A stretch of DNA of 63,810 nucleotides, counting the filler, from Octopus bimaculoides (Eukaryota), in NCBI RefSeq assembly GCF_001194135.2. It is 5 parts of 4 records of this genome, joined end to end, with 100 filler letters (N's around TTAATTAATTAA, not from the genome) between each part and the next. Parts side by side here need not be neighbours in the genome. Positions count along the whole stretch, not along the records: positions 35,511 to 53,204 come from NC_068987.1; positions 53,305 to 61,384 come from NC_068985.1; positions 61,485 to 63,810 come from NC_068992.1; 2 more parts are not named here. The stretch is one strand, 5' to 3'. The position numbers were made by a program, and so were the translations under genes. This document shows, one piece after another, positions 51,400 to 63,810 of this stretch (its first letter is position 1; each line of letters starts with the position of its first letter). The notes below the pieces were generated by a model. The model saw nothing but the letters and a program-made list of their open reading frames with translations. It did no database searches and had not been told where the DNA came from.

Positions 51400-52310
51400 A
51401 GGTCAGAATGTCTCTGTGCATGTCTGTGTGTGTGTGTGTATATACGTGTGTTTGTGTCTGTGTGTGTGGGCTGTTTTTGATTGATCCCAAAGTTTATTGT
51501 AGCGTGTGTATATGTGTGCACGTTTGTGTGTGTGTGATTAATATTTGTTAGGGTGTTGTGTGCGCATGTGTGTGTATGTGTTTGTTCGCGTGTGTGTATG
51601 TGTTTGTTCGCGTGTGTGTATGTGTGCGTCTGTGAGTGCTTGTGTATGTGTGTTTGTGTTGGTGGGGATGTTCTGTGTGTGTATGTGAGTGTGCATGTGA
51701 GAGTGTGTGAGTCTGTGTCTGAGTATGTATGTGTTGTTTTAATTGTCCTTGTGAGCAACCGTATGTATGTATGAGGGTGCGTATGTGTATGTTTGTGTGC
51801 TTTGTGTTGATGGGGGTGTATGTGTCTGCATGTGCGTTTTGTGTATGTTGGTACTGAGTATGCGTTTGTGTGTGCATGTGTGTGTATGTATGTGGGTATG
51901 GTTTATTTAGTTTCCGGGTGTGTGTGTGTATTCACGCTGTAATTGTGAGTGATTAGTTTCCTTTGTATTGTTAGTGCAGTGTGGGTGTGTTTGTGTGACT
52001 GCGTCTATGTGTCTTTTATTTGTTGGGCAAGTGTGTCATTGTGTGTGTGCATGCTTGTGTGTTTGTGAGTGTCTGTTGTGGTTGTTGGGATTGTATTGTG
52101 TATGTGTGTGTGTGTGGATTTCTTTTGAGTGTGTGTGTGTGTTATTTTTTACTGGGGAACGGGCGTATGGTGTTTGTGTGTGTGTGTGTATACATATGTA
52201 CATATGTGTGCATATATGCGGGTGTGAATGTGATTTGTAATTGTCGGGGAGGTGTGTAGGTGTATGTATGTACATGTTTATGTTTGTGGGTGTTGGTTAT
52301 GGTTAATATA
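51400..52310. repeat. Degenerate (GT)-rich low-complexity tract
   Basis: Direct reading. Confidence 0.85.
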
Positions 52311-52644
52311 CTCAAACACTATTGCAGTATTACGGGTCAAAAGTGAAACATTATCATCTCTCTATTGTAATGTCAGATAGTTTCACTTTAATAGTTTCAC
52401 TTTAATAGTTNNNNNNNNNNNNNNNNNNNNNNNNNNNNNNNNNNNNNNNNNNNNNNNNNNNNNNNNNNNNNNNNNNNNNNNNNNNNNNNNNNNNNNNNNN
52501 NNNNNNNNNNTATGTATATATATATATGTATATATATATATGTAAATATATATGTATATACATGGGTATATAAATATATGTATATATATGTATATGTATA
52601 TATCTATGTATATATATGTATATATATATATGTATATGTATATG

Positions 52645-52762
52645 TATATTCTTTTCATTTTCATTTTGTCTTGTCTTGTTTTGTTTGTTTTCTCTCTTGA
52701 GTTATCTTCTCTCTCTCTCTCTCATACATCTCTATTCCTATCACATCCTCTCTCTCTCTTTC

Positions 52763-52805
<43 letters not shown>

Positions 52806-53053
52806 CATACTCTGTACGCACTCTCTATTCGCTCATATATATATACATACATACATACATATATATACAGATGGAATTTGAAGTCTCTGTCTCTTTTGAA
52901 TATGAAAATTTAAAAGTTAAAAACCTTATAATATATATATTTTCGTTTTTCTTTTCATTTTCATTTTGTCTTGTTTTGCTTTGTTTGTTTTCTCTCTTGA
53001 GTTATCTTCTCTCTCTCTCTCTCATACATCTCTATTCCTATCACATCCTCTCT

Positions 53054-53101
<48 letters not shown>

Positions 53102-53204
53102 ATACTCTGTACGCACTCTCTATTCGCTCATATATATATACATACATACATACATATATATACAGATGGAATTTGAAGTCTCTGTCTCTTTTGAATATGA
53201 AAAT
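52645..53204. repeat. Tandem duplication of ~290 bp
   Basis: 52645-52905 and 52945-53204 are near-identical. Both lie between gaps. Confidence 0.8.
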
Positions 53205-55374
53205 NNNNNNNNNNNNNNNNNNNNNNNNNNNNNNNNNNNNNNNNNNNNTTAATTAATTAANNNNNNNNNNNNNNNNNNNNNNNNNNNNNNNNNNNNNNNN
53301 NNNNATATATATATATATATATATATATAATTTAGAGAAAAACGTCTATTAATTAATTCAATAAAGAAAAAACGATGGAGGTTTTCCTCTAAATTATATA
53401 TATATATATATATATGACTGCTCGCCATTATTCCCTTCCACATCAGCTAACTCTGATGAGCGTAAGATTATATAATCAGATTGTTACCTAACACTCCATC
53501 GATTTCCTTGCGTGAAACTGATTGGTGAGATCAGCCGTGGTGATTATATAATACTATATATTTCGGAAAATATTCCCACTCTATTGACAGATATACGAGG
53601 GCATCTTTTCCCTGACTTATTGTCTTTTACACGATTCACGCACGTGTATATATATATATATATAATATAATATAATATGATATAATATAAAAATAATATA
53701 TTATATATATACATATACTAAAACTGGTCCTGCGCAAGGATGACAGGCAAATTCGTGAAGTGTTCCATATTTTTCTCAAGGTGGTGCCCCAATATAGCCG
53801 CAGTTTAATGACTGAGACAAATAAAAGAAGAATATGTATGTATATATGTACACGCCCACACACACACACACACGTATACACAAACATATGTATATGCATA
53901 ATTGGTGTTAGAATTTAATGCAGAAGAAAATAAAACGATTTGATGAGAAAAATTATGCAGTGAGAGAAAATTATATATATCAAAGATCAATATCATTTTA
54001 CTTATTTTGACAAGTAAGGGAGACAACTGCAGACATATTTCTATCTCATTAGATTTCTTAAGTGAAGTATAGTCCTCACCTTGTTCCTTGAAGTATTGAT
54101 GAAAGAATCTATAATACATTAAAAGTGAGCTTGAATCTTGCTTGCTTGCAATGTTACTCAACCAAACTGGCGCATCATGAGAAAATACTATGAATTAAGT
54201 TGCCCCTGAAATGTTAATACGAACAGAATAGAATAAAATAAGTTTCGCGTAAATAGGACAAGTGGTTTTTGAAATATTAGGGATTTTCGGGGTATAAATA
54301 CCCAGAATGGTGCATAATGGGAAAATATCCCCAAAATAACTTAATCCTGAAAAGGAAGAAACTCTTACTTTTCGATTAGACACAGTGACTTGACAACGAC
54401 AAAATACAATTTGTTTTTACAGTAAATGTTTATATTTTCGCTTTTGTTAAACACAATATTTTAATCATTTAGAAATATTTCTAAGTGAATGTGATTTCAA
54501 AAATGTAAGTTGTTTTTACAATAAGTATTTATATTTTAGCTTTCTTTAAAAAGACAGTATTGTAATGTTTTTAAAAATTATTTTGAAGTGAATACCATTA
54601 CAAAATTTCTTTCGGCATATTTAGAAAATATTTTGAAGTGAAAATAACTTTTAAAATACTGTAAGTATTTCGTAAAAGACCCGTTCGTAACCTCGGTGTG
54701 GAATAATTTTTTTCTATAGGTTTTTTTCGAGTGCATTCAACGTATCTCACCTCTCAAAATTTGGCTGCTATTTCCAGCACGCTCTCCTACCACATAACAG
54801 CTATTTGCGATAAAGGGCTCGAGGTGGTAGGGCGTGCAAGAAAAAGCTGCCAAATCTTTCCTTTTCTGGGGAAAGGAGCCGTTTACGGGTGATCTCGATG
54901 TCACATTCGTTGAAAGCATTCGAAATAACCTGGATAATTTCCATATTTTAGAGAATGATTTATTCACACAAATTACTCAGGAACGTGAACAAATATCCAA
55001 TAGTTAAGCTGCTATTAAAGTATTTAATGCAGTGAGTATATAAAAACTGTTATCTTGCTGTTGGCCTGTAAGAGGCTGAGTACTCTACAGGTATGTGTAC
55101 TTTTAATGTAACTCCCTGGCAGTATTTGTGTGATACAATATATGTCAAAAATGGACAGGCAGATATCTGACATGCTTCTAAACAGTTTACGCCTATGTAT
55201 CTGATTTAATTCTCAAGGCTTGGCGGGACACTAAAACTCAGTGAAAAACACCAGCTCAAAGTGACACGAAGCGGGATCACACCCAGAACTACATCATTAT
55301 AAAAGGAACTTGTCAACCTTTCGACCGTGCCTGCGCCTGTATTTCGATACTATTATTATTATGAAAAAAAAAAA

Positions 55375-55710
55375 ACGTGAGCTGGCAGAATCGTTAACAC
55401 GCCGGGCAAAATGCTCAGCGGTACTTCATCCGTCTTTTCGTTCTGAGTTCTAATTCCGCCGAGATCGACTTTGCCTTTCATCCTTTCGGGGTCAATGAAA
55501 TAAGTACCAGTCGATGTAATCAACTAGCCCCACCCCCAACATTTCAGGCTTTGTGCCTAAAGTAGAAATGATATTATTATTCAGTTATAAAAAGGCGGTG
55601 AGCTGGCAGGATCGTTGAATGAGTACCAGTTGAACATTGGGGTCGATGTAATCTACTTAACCCCTCTCCCAAAGCTGCTGGCCTTGTACCAAAATTTGAA
55701 ACCATTATCA
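55375..55710 (+). mobile_element. Two adjacent SINE family B copies
   Basis: gagctggcagaatcgtt..gactttgcctttcatcctttcgggg..aagtaccag at 55379, with a deleted copy at 55598. Confidence 0.8.
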
Positions 55711-55734
55711 TTCAGTGATAAAACAAAAACAAAG

Positions 55735-56620
55735 TATTTGCACAACGACTAATAATACGAGGTTTTTCGAAAGTAAGGCAAACTTTTTTATTATCAGAGA
55801 CAGGTCGTTCAAAGCGCACGTGTTGGTAGAGTAACTCTTCCTCTTTAATAACAAGTCCTCCTGCTCTTTTTGCATTGTAGGGAAATAATCTTTTGTACAA
55901 TAGGCACAAAGCCTGAAATGTTTGGGAAGAATGGTACATGACTGGTACTTATTTTGTCGACTCCGAAAGGATAAAAGACTAAGTCGACCTCTGAAGATAG
56001 AAAATAATGGGTTCCAAGTAGAAGCAAAGTGCCATCATTGAGTTCTTGGCAAACGAGGGATGCAGGCCACTTGACAGTTTTGTTTATGAAGATGACATTA
56101 CTGAGGAGAGTAATGTGTACAAATGGATGAAGAAGTCTAACCAGCATTGGAGATAGACCACGTACAGAGAGACCATCAACTACGAGCTTGCTGTGCAAGT
56201 GGCCTATGACCAAAGTGTTGTTCAAAAGATGGGTTAAATCTTTAAGTATTGGAAAGTGTGTGCAAAATCGGTACCTCGGCAATTGACATGTGATTTGAAG
56301 GATAGAGGGATGGAAGTCTTCTATAATCTGCTGATTGCGCTTAAAACCAACAAAGACACGTTTGTTTCCGATCTGGTAACATGATGAAACACGGGTATGC
56401 CTTTACGATCTAGAAACGAAGGCGCAGTCCACTGAATGGCGTCACACTGCTATTTCAATGCTTAACTATTTCAAGAGTCAACGACCGACACAGATATTTA
56501 GAGTTTGCTTTTTGATGAGATGACAAAGGCCTCGTTTACCTTGATTTTCTGGAATATGGTTTCCCATGACTAGCAAATGGTACAGTGAAACGTTCAAAGA
56601 GTTTTGAAAAGCCATAAGGA
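55735..56620 (+). mobile_element. Decayed mariner transposon (short SINE-B insert at ~55935-55990)
   Basis: tacgagg terminus. QSAIIEFLANEG, KVCAKSVPRQLT, and VT-DETRVCLYDLETKAQSTEWRH across a frameshift. Confidence 0.8.
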
Positions 56621-56854
56621 ATAAAGAAGCTGAACGAATACCTGAAACCGATCTAGATTTTCCTATTGATTTTTATGTGCCTGATTGGAGGAAAGTGTCA
56701 AATTCACGGTCGAGGTGGAGGATGTGCTTTTCATAATTTTTATATTCCTGTCTTTGTATGTTCTGATTGTTGATCGACAAATGTCTTGTAAAAAGATTCT
56801 TTAGTACTGGAGTTTTATTTATTTATTTATACATACATACATACATACATACAT

Positions 56855-56922
<68 letters not shown>

Positions 56923-59549
56923 GCACACATACATATGTGTGTGTGTGTGTGGTGTGTACATATATATATACACATATGTATATATATATATATATGTATA
57001 CATATGTATGTATGTCTGTTATATATAGGTATGTATGTACGTATATATATANNNNNNNNNNATATATATGCATGTATATATGTATGTATGTATGCAAAGT
57101 GGATATATATATATTTGAAGTTTTATTGTGAGAGAGATGTCGAGTGGCTGTTGTTCCAATTTTAGTGTATGTACTGCCGAAGCAAGTGCTGTTGTTAATT
57201 ACTGCTGTTAATTTCTTAATGTAGTGGTTCTAAAAAAAATTTCTATCCTTCTGTGGTATGTGTAAATATTTATTTCCTAGTTTAATTGTTTGATGAATTT
57301 TATTTCGGTTGTGTCGTTTTGGTGTATTGTTGTTTGACGTTGTCTCTCATTTTCATGAGGTTACTTATTTATAGTCCGTGTTAATTATGGTAATTTCTAT
57401 GTCGTCTTCTGGGGGTATATTTTTGTTTAGATGCATCATGATCATTTTGTACTGTAGTATCTCTGTTAGTACTTGTAATGTTGATGGATCCTGAAAAAAC
57501 TCGGTTCTGTTCCTTGGTGAAACTCATTCAATTGTGTTTTTTGTGAAACTGTTTTTGCTTTGCACTTTGATGTACGAATGCGTTGCGGTGATAACAAGTG
57601 TTTCAAGAAAAGCTAAATGCTTGTTTTCTCAGTGGTGGTAGTAGCTCTAAATTTGTAGCTCAAAAGGTGATGTCTGGGTGAAAATGCCGTAGTTGGGTTA
57701 CCGTAGTTGTATGAGTTGCTGCTGTGAATTGTTTATGAGATAAAGGAAGTCTAGTTATAACGGGATAATTTGACTTCTGTTGTTGCATTAACTATTTATA
57801 AACCAAAAGCTGTTATGCGTACCGAACTCTAATAAAAGTATTCATGGATGTTAAAGTGCTGTAATAGACGTACAACTTGATGGGATGGTTTGTAGGGATG
57901 ATGTTTGTACATAAACGTTTCGTCCAAAAAATAACATTGGAAACCTTATTATATTAGTATATTTCGTGTTCCTAGTTTATTTGCTTGTTTGTTTTTTTTT
58001 TATTTTCAGAGCCTGCAATTCTACTACTACAGACATGTGATTAGAATAATCACAAAACTGATTCTTGAAGGAAATCATCGCAAAACTGATTCTTGAAGCC
58101 GATCCAACTTGCAGGAGATTTAAGGGTAGACCAAGAGGGAGATGGTTGGACAATGTCCATAGTCTCAGTTGGTCACACTTAGAATCCAGCAGGAAAGTGA
58201 AATGACGATTGCTTTTAATAGGACATTTTTGGAAGAGGTACCTGAGCACTTAATTCCCAGGACCACAGTGACCTAGAACCCCACGATTTCACGTCCCTCC
58301 TAAGAATAGTGGGCGGTGAAAATAGATAGATAAGTGGAAATTTGATATTTATACACTGAATACGTTTTTATTCCTATTATAAGATCTTTCCCGTTGTGAA
58401 AGAGTCAGCTTAGTTTGATTTGGGTATAATATGGAATTGTGAATGTTTTATTTCATAATATTAAGAATGTTTCTCGAAATATTCCTATATAGATATCGTT
58501 AGGCACGACAAAGTGTTTTAATTCCATAAAGGTGATTTCAATGCCATGAATGCTGTTTTGTAGAAATTTCGGATTTTTTGTGACATGTTTACAAAATTTT
58601 TATTGTGTTTTTACAGCACAACTTTTTACACCTTGGGGTATATGAAGTGTTTATTTTCGGTTTTGTATTTTCTCTTGTACTGAGGGGTCTCTAAGCGGTG
58701 TCTAAGTGATATTTTATGTATCTCATCCCTATGTCTAAGCCCTGGAATTTTAGTTATATATTTGTCTGCGTTTTAAAAAGTATTTACCTATGCAACTTGT
58801 TATAAGTATAGTTTCTGTTTTAACCACTAACATTTTGGCTATTTCCATTTACAAATTTTGTATTTAGATAAGATCATTTATGTGCAAAGTGCATTATTGC
58901 CTGTTGGAAATGACTGAAAGACAATATCCTTCCTAGTGATCCTTGACAACCAAATCAGCCCTTGATCTCCCTATCAATGTAATTTGGTACACCTTTGAGT
59001 ATGATAGCTTTGTCATTCCCCGAGGCCTTTTATGCTGGATGTTTATACAATCTCTTTTCTTCTGGTAGTTCATAATGCTGGAATAACTTCCACGAGACCC
59101 CTAACTCTATCATGCATGTAGACATGATCTCTCTTTAGTGAAACTGGACAGAGAGGAAGAATTAAGGAATGTCGTAAATAAAGGATATCAGACGTTACTA
59201 GTTTTATCGTCGAAGAATTAAGGAATATCATCAGTAAAAGATAATAGTCGTTACCAGTTGTGAAGAGAGAGTGAAACGGATAACGAGTGGAAGTCCTGCG
59301 AGGAGTACAGGACAGTATAAAAGTCTGGTATAGAGTTGTAAATGCTTAAGAGTTGATAGAGGCTAATTGAGAAGGCGCCATATGCATAGCTATTCTAGAA
59401 ACAGCTGTAAGAAACTTTAGGCATTATTTCTAAATGCCCTAACAACTCTGCAATTATGGTTGAATTATAAATTACATGCTATTAAGTCATGCCACGTTTT
59501 GCTTGTTCATTCTTTCTTTCTAATATGTCTGTGTGTGCGCGCGTGTATG

Positions 59550-59580
<31 letters not shown>

Positions 59581-59593
59581 GCATGTATGTACA

Positions 59594-60230
59594 TACGAGA
59601 GGTGCCCAAAAGAAACCAGAATTCTGCAATATTATTTTACCCACTTAGTTTTACATGTTTACACTTTTATCACCTTCAAAGTATTCTTCATTTGAAACAA
59701 TGCATCGATCCAGACGCGTTTTCCACTGTTCGAAGCAGTCACGGAACTCCTGCAAAGTGATGCCTTGAGCCTCTGTCGTTTTCTTTCTTCACCGCTTTCA
59801 GATATGCAAATTTCATAGTGCCTGCTTTTGTCACCAGTGATGACCTTCGAAAAAAGGTCCGGATCAACTTCCTACTGTTCTTTCAGTTCTCGACACGCAT
59901 CCAGTCGTAACTGCTTTTGATCTTCCATGAGAAAACGAGGCACAAATTTTGCTGCAACTCTTTTCATTTGCAATTCCTCGCTCAAAATTCGTTGGCAGGA
60001 GCTCCAGGACACACCAATCATATCAACAAGTTCGTCAATCGTTCGACGATGGCCCTCCACAATCAGTTCATGCATTTTCATGATGTTCTTATTCGTTCGG
60101 GAAGTGCACCATTTTGCATTATGTTCAAAGTAGCTTCTGGAATGTGGTGAATTGCTGCAGTCTGTTGCTGTCATTTTAAACTGGTTGCTTTCTTTCCCTA
60201 GCAAACTCTCTTCTTTGGAGGCATAATCTA
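59594..60230 (-). mobile_element. Internally deleted mariner transposon
   Basis: RRTIDELVDMIGVSWSSCQRILSEELQMKRVAAKFVPRFL..KVITGD, then C-terminal EQWKTRLDRCIVSNEEYFEGDK. tacgagag terminus. Confidence 0.85.
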
Positions 60231-61484
60231 TGTATATATTAAACAGAACAACAAAAGTTATAATAGATGGCAGGGTCGGTACTTTTCACATATCTGTAAT
60301 TTTTCAGATTAACACCCGCACGATNNNNNNNNNNNNNNNNNNNNNNNNNNNNNNNNNNNNNNNNNNNNNNNNNNNNNNNNNNNNNNNNNNNNNNNNNNNN
60401 NNNNNNNNNNNNNNNNNNNNNNNNNNNNNNNNNNNNNNNNNNNNNNNNNNNNNNNNNNNNNNNNNNNNNNNNNNNNNNNNNNNNNNNNNNNNNNNNNNNN
60501 NNNNNNNNNNNNNNNNNNNNNNNNNNNNNNNNNNNNNNNNNNNNNNNNNNNNNNNNNNNNNNNNNNNNNNNNNNNNNNNNNNNNNNNNNNNNNNNNNNNN
60601 NNNNNNNNNNNNNNNNNNNNNNNNNNNNNNNNNNNNNNNNNNNNNNNNNNNNNNNNNNNNNNNNNNNNNNNNNNNNNNNNNNNNNNNNNNNNNNNNNNNN
60701 NNNNNNNNNNNNNNNNNNNNNNNNNNNNNNNNNNNNNNNNNNNNNNNNNNNNNNNNNNNNNNNNNNNNNNNNNNNNNNNNNNNNNNNNNNNNNNNNNNNN
60801 NNNNNNNNNNNNNNNNNNNNNNNNNNNNNNNNNNNNNNNNNNNNNNNNNNNNNNNNNNNNNNNNNNNNNNNNNNNNNGGGGGGAGAAAGGAATAGAGATG
60901 GTAGCAATGAAGAGAGAGAAAGAGAGAACGGAAGACAGTTATAAAATAGCAATGCGTGCACGTGTTTATATAAGAAACACAGAAACTAAATCTTATATCT
61001 ATAATGTTGTATTGTGTATGTGTTTATGTGTATGTGTGGTCGTGTGTGTTTTTACGTTTCTATGTTATGAAAAATATGTTAGAGGTAGAGGAAAGGTATT
61101 ATATTAGAGAGAGGAAGAAGTAAGAGTGTAAAATGTAACCAAGTTAATCTATGACTTTGTATGTATCACTTTCTCTCTCTCATCCTCTCCCTCTTTTACT
61201 CTTACTCCCTATAACAACGCCGGTACAGGGAGAAGGGAAGGAATATAAATGTTGCTAGAAACGACAGCCAAATCTCCCTTAAATCACACAAAGTAAACGG
61301 AATTTTAAAAATCTAATTACTGCACTGGAAAGTTCAGATCGAGAAAATTCCATTGATGTAAACATTTTTACGAAAAAGTGGAAANNNNNNNNNNNNNNNN
61401 NNNNNNNNNNNNNNNNNNNNNNNNNNNNTTAATTAATTAANNNNNNNNNNNNNNNNNNNNNNNNNNNNNNNNNNNNNNNNNNNN

Positions 61485-61515
<31 letters not shown>

Positions 61516-62400
61516 CCATGTATTTCCAGTGTTTCTTTTAAAGTGTGTGTCTATGTGCTTCTGTCTGTGGTTACTGTGGTTACTGTGGTTATGTGTGTCT
61601 CTGTGTGTCTCTGTGTGTGCGTATATATTTACGCATATGTGTTCTCTATGTCCAACACCAAAAAGTTTGAAAGTTTTTAAAACTCAATGCGAGACACAAA
61701 CACACACACATACACACACTCACACACACACATACACATAATGATAATGTGTGCGTGTGTGTGTGTGTATACACAGACACGCACGTCTATAAATATATAA
61801 AATGAATTCAATATATATCTATAATATACATAATCATATAATATACATATCATATATCTATAATATACATAATCATACATGAACAATCACCCATGTACAT
61901 ATGCAGATATAAATATATATACATAAAGATACATTCATACATATATGTATGAATGTATGCACATATACACACACATACACACATTCCAAAGAACGTCTCT
62001 ATTCAAGCAGCACCATCTATCACTCACCATAAATAAAAACTTATATAAACGTCAAAAATCAATACGTTCTTAAGACTTTGATTAATATTGGAATTCGATT
62101 ACTGAACGACATATTTCTGATACATATTATTACGGCCGGTCCCTTTCAAAATACTTTAATTTTCTCAAGGGACCATTTTCGGTTGTTGTTTTTTTTTCCT
62201 TCTTTTCTTTTTTTCTTTCTACTATATTCTCTCTTTTTCTTTCCTTTCTCCATCAATGTTTTGGCCGCAAATTAATCGATTTCACTACCCTTACCATTCT
62301 GTATACTTTTGGATCATAAATCTTCCTCAAAGATTCTTCAAGTGTGAGTAATGGTTATATTAATAATAGAAGACGTATACCTACAGATACATATATGCAT

Positions 62401-62431
<31 letters not shown>

Positions 62432-62531
62432 CATATATACGTATATACATATATATACATATATATATATGTATATATATGTGTGTGTGTGTGTATATAT
62501 ATACATATAATCCTATGTGTGTATATATAAT

Positions 62532-62579
<48 letters not shown>

Positions 62580-63043
62580 TGTGTGCGGGTGTGTATATAT
62601 GAATGGAATTATTATAAGGCACTAGAGAAAAAGAAAAAAACAGTTATACAACAACCTTTTTTTCTTATACAACATCAAGAAACATTTCTTTCTGTTTAAT
62701 TCAATAAAGGGGTGAAATGTTATTCTTAATATATGCGAGTATACATCGANNNNNNNNNNNNNNNNNNNNNNNNNNNNNNNNNNNNNNNNNNNNNNNNNNN
62801 NNNNNNNNNNNNNNNNNNNNNNNNNNNNNNNNNNNNNNNNNNNNNNNNNNNNNNNNNNNNNNNNNNNNNNNNNNNNNNNNNNNNNNNNNNNNNNNNNNNN
62901 NNNNNNNNNNNNNNNNNNNNNNNNNNNNNNNNNNNNNNNNNNNNNNNNNNNNNNNNNNNNNNNNNNNNNNNNNNNNNNNNNNNNNNNNNNNNNNNNNNNN
63001 NNNNNNNNNNNNNNNNTGTATGTATATGTATATATATATATAT

Positions 63044-63109
<66 letters not shown>

Positions 63110-63364
63110 TGATTGATAGATATGACTGTATATACATATATACATACATGTATATGTTTATGTATGTATGTATGTATGTGGGCAATAATGCATTGATGTA
63201 CAATCTTAGATTATTAATGCTGGAGTCGTTGACTTTTTTTCGTTTTGTTCTTGCATCTTTTTTGTTGTTATTTTATTGCTTGTTTATTTGTTTGTTTGTT
63301 TGTTCCTTGCGTTACTCTACCCTTCTTGTAGCTGTTGTTATTCGCGTCCGTCCTCGTTGTCGCC

Positions 63365-63500
63365 AACCTCCTCCTCCTCCTCCTCCTCCTCCTTCTCACC
63401 ATCATCATCATCATTATCATCAACAACATCATGATCATTCTCTTCGTCTTTCTCGATGTCTGCCAGTAACAACAACAAAGGCAGCAACAACATTGATATC

Positions 63501-63537
<37 letters not shown>

Positions 63538-63590
63538 CCAACAACAACAACAACAACAACAATACCAACAACTATACAAAAGTATCGATA
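63365..63590. repeat. Trinucleotide arrays (CCT)n, (CAT)n, (CAA)n
   Basis: Direct reading. Confidence 0.85.
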
Positions 63591-63810
63591 CTCAATACCC
63601 TGTCCCCCACCCACTATTTTCGAATGGAATCACAAAGAAATTTTGTAATTTACAACGCACCAATCGATATAGCTATGCATAGAATGTCATACATATACAT
63701 AAATACACACGCTTACATACAAACATATATACATACATACATATGTATGTATATATGAATAACATGAATATCATACTTACATACGTATATATATATATAT
63801 ATATATATAT

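Noticed and set aside
63109-63758. Poly-P/H/T/N ORFs
   Set aside because: Translated trinucleotide repeats with no splice or domain evidence.

Overview
AT-rich, microsatellite-dense eukaryotic draft scaffold with many N gaps and four artificial TTAATTAATTAA join spacers. The SINE/LINE complement and (TA/CA/CATA)n density suggest an octopus or other coleoid cephalopod (inference). Most of the window is transposon debris: tRNA-derived SINEs, RTE, R4/Dong-like, Tx1 and Penelope retroelements, mariner, pogo-like, MULE and Helitron remnants, and MITEs. The non-repeat highlights are: (1) a two-exon, fully open Merlin/IS1595-type transposase gene on the minus strand (16113-15405 joined to 10947-10661, about 331 aa) with a 4.5-kb intron and altered catalytic residues, a candidate domesticated transposase that the ORF track only half shows; (2) an RFX X-box/ETS promoter-like cluster inside that intron; (3) an intronless 106-aa ParB/Srx-like ORF (42844-43164); (4) two spliceable exons of a multi-pass membrane protein (568-679, 4285-4410); (5) a decayed neuropeptide-type GPCR (about 27686-28350); (6) several foldback elements, one carrying telomeric repeats. 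All family assignments come from motif recognition by eye; no database search was run.
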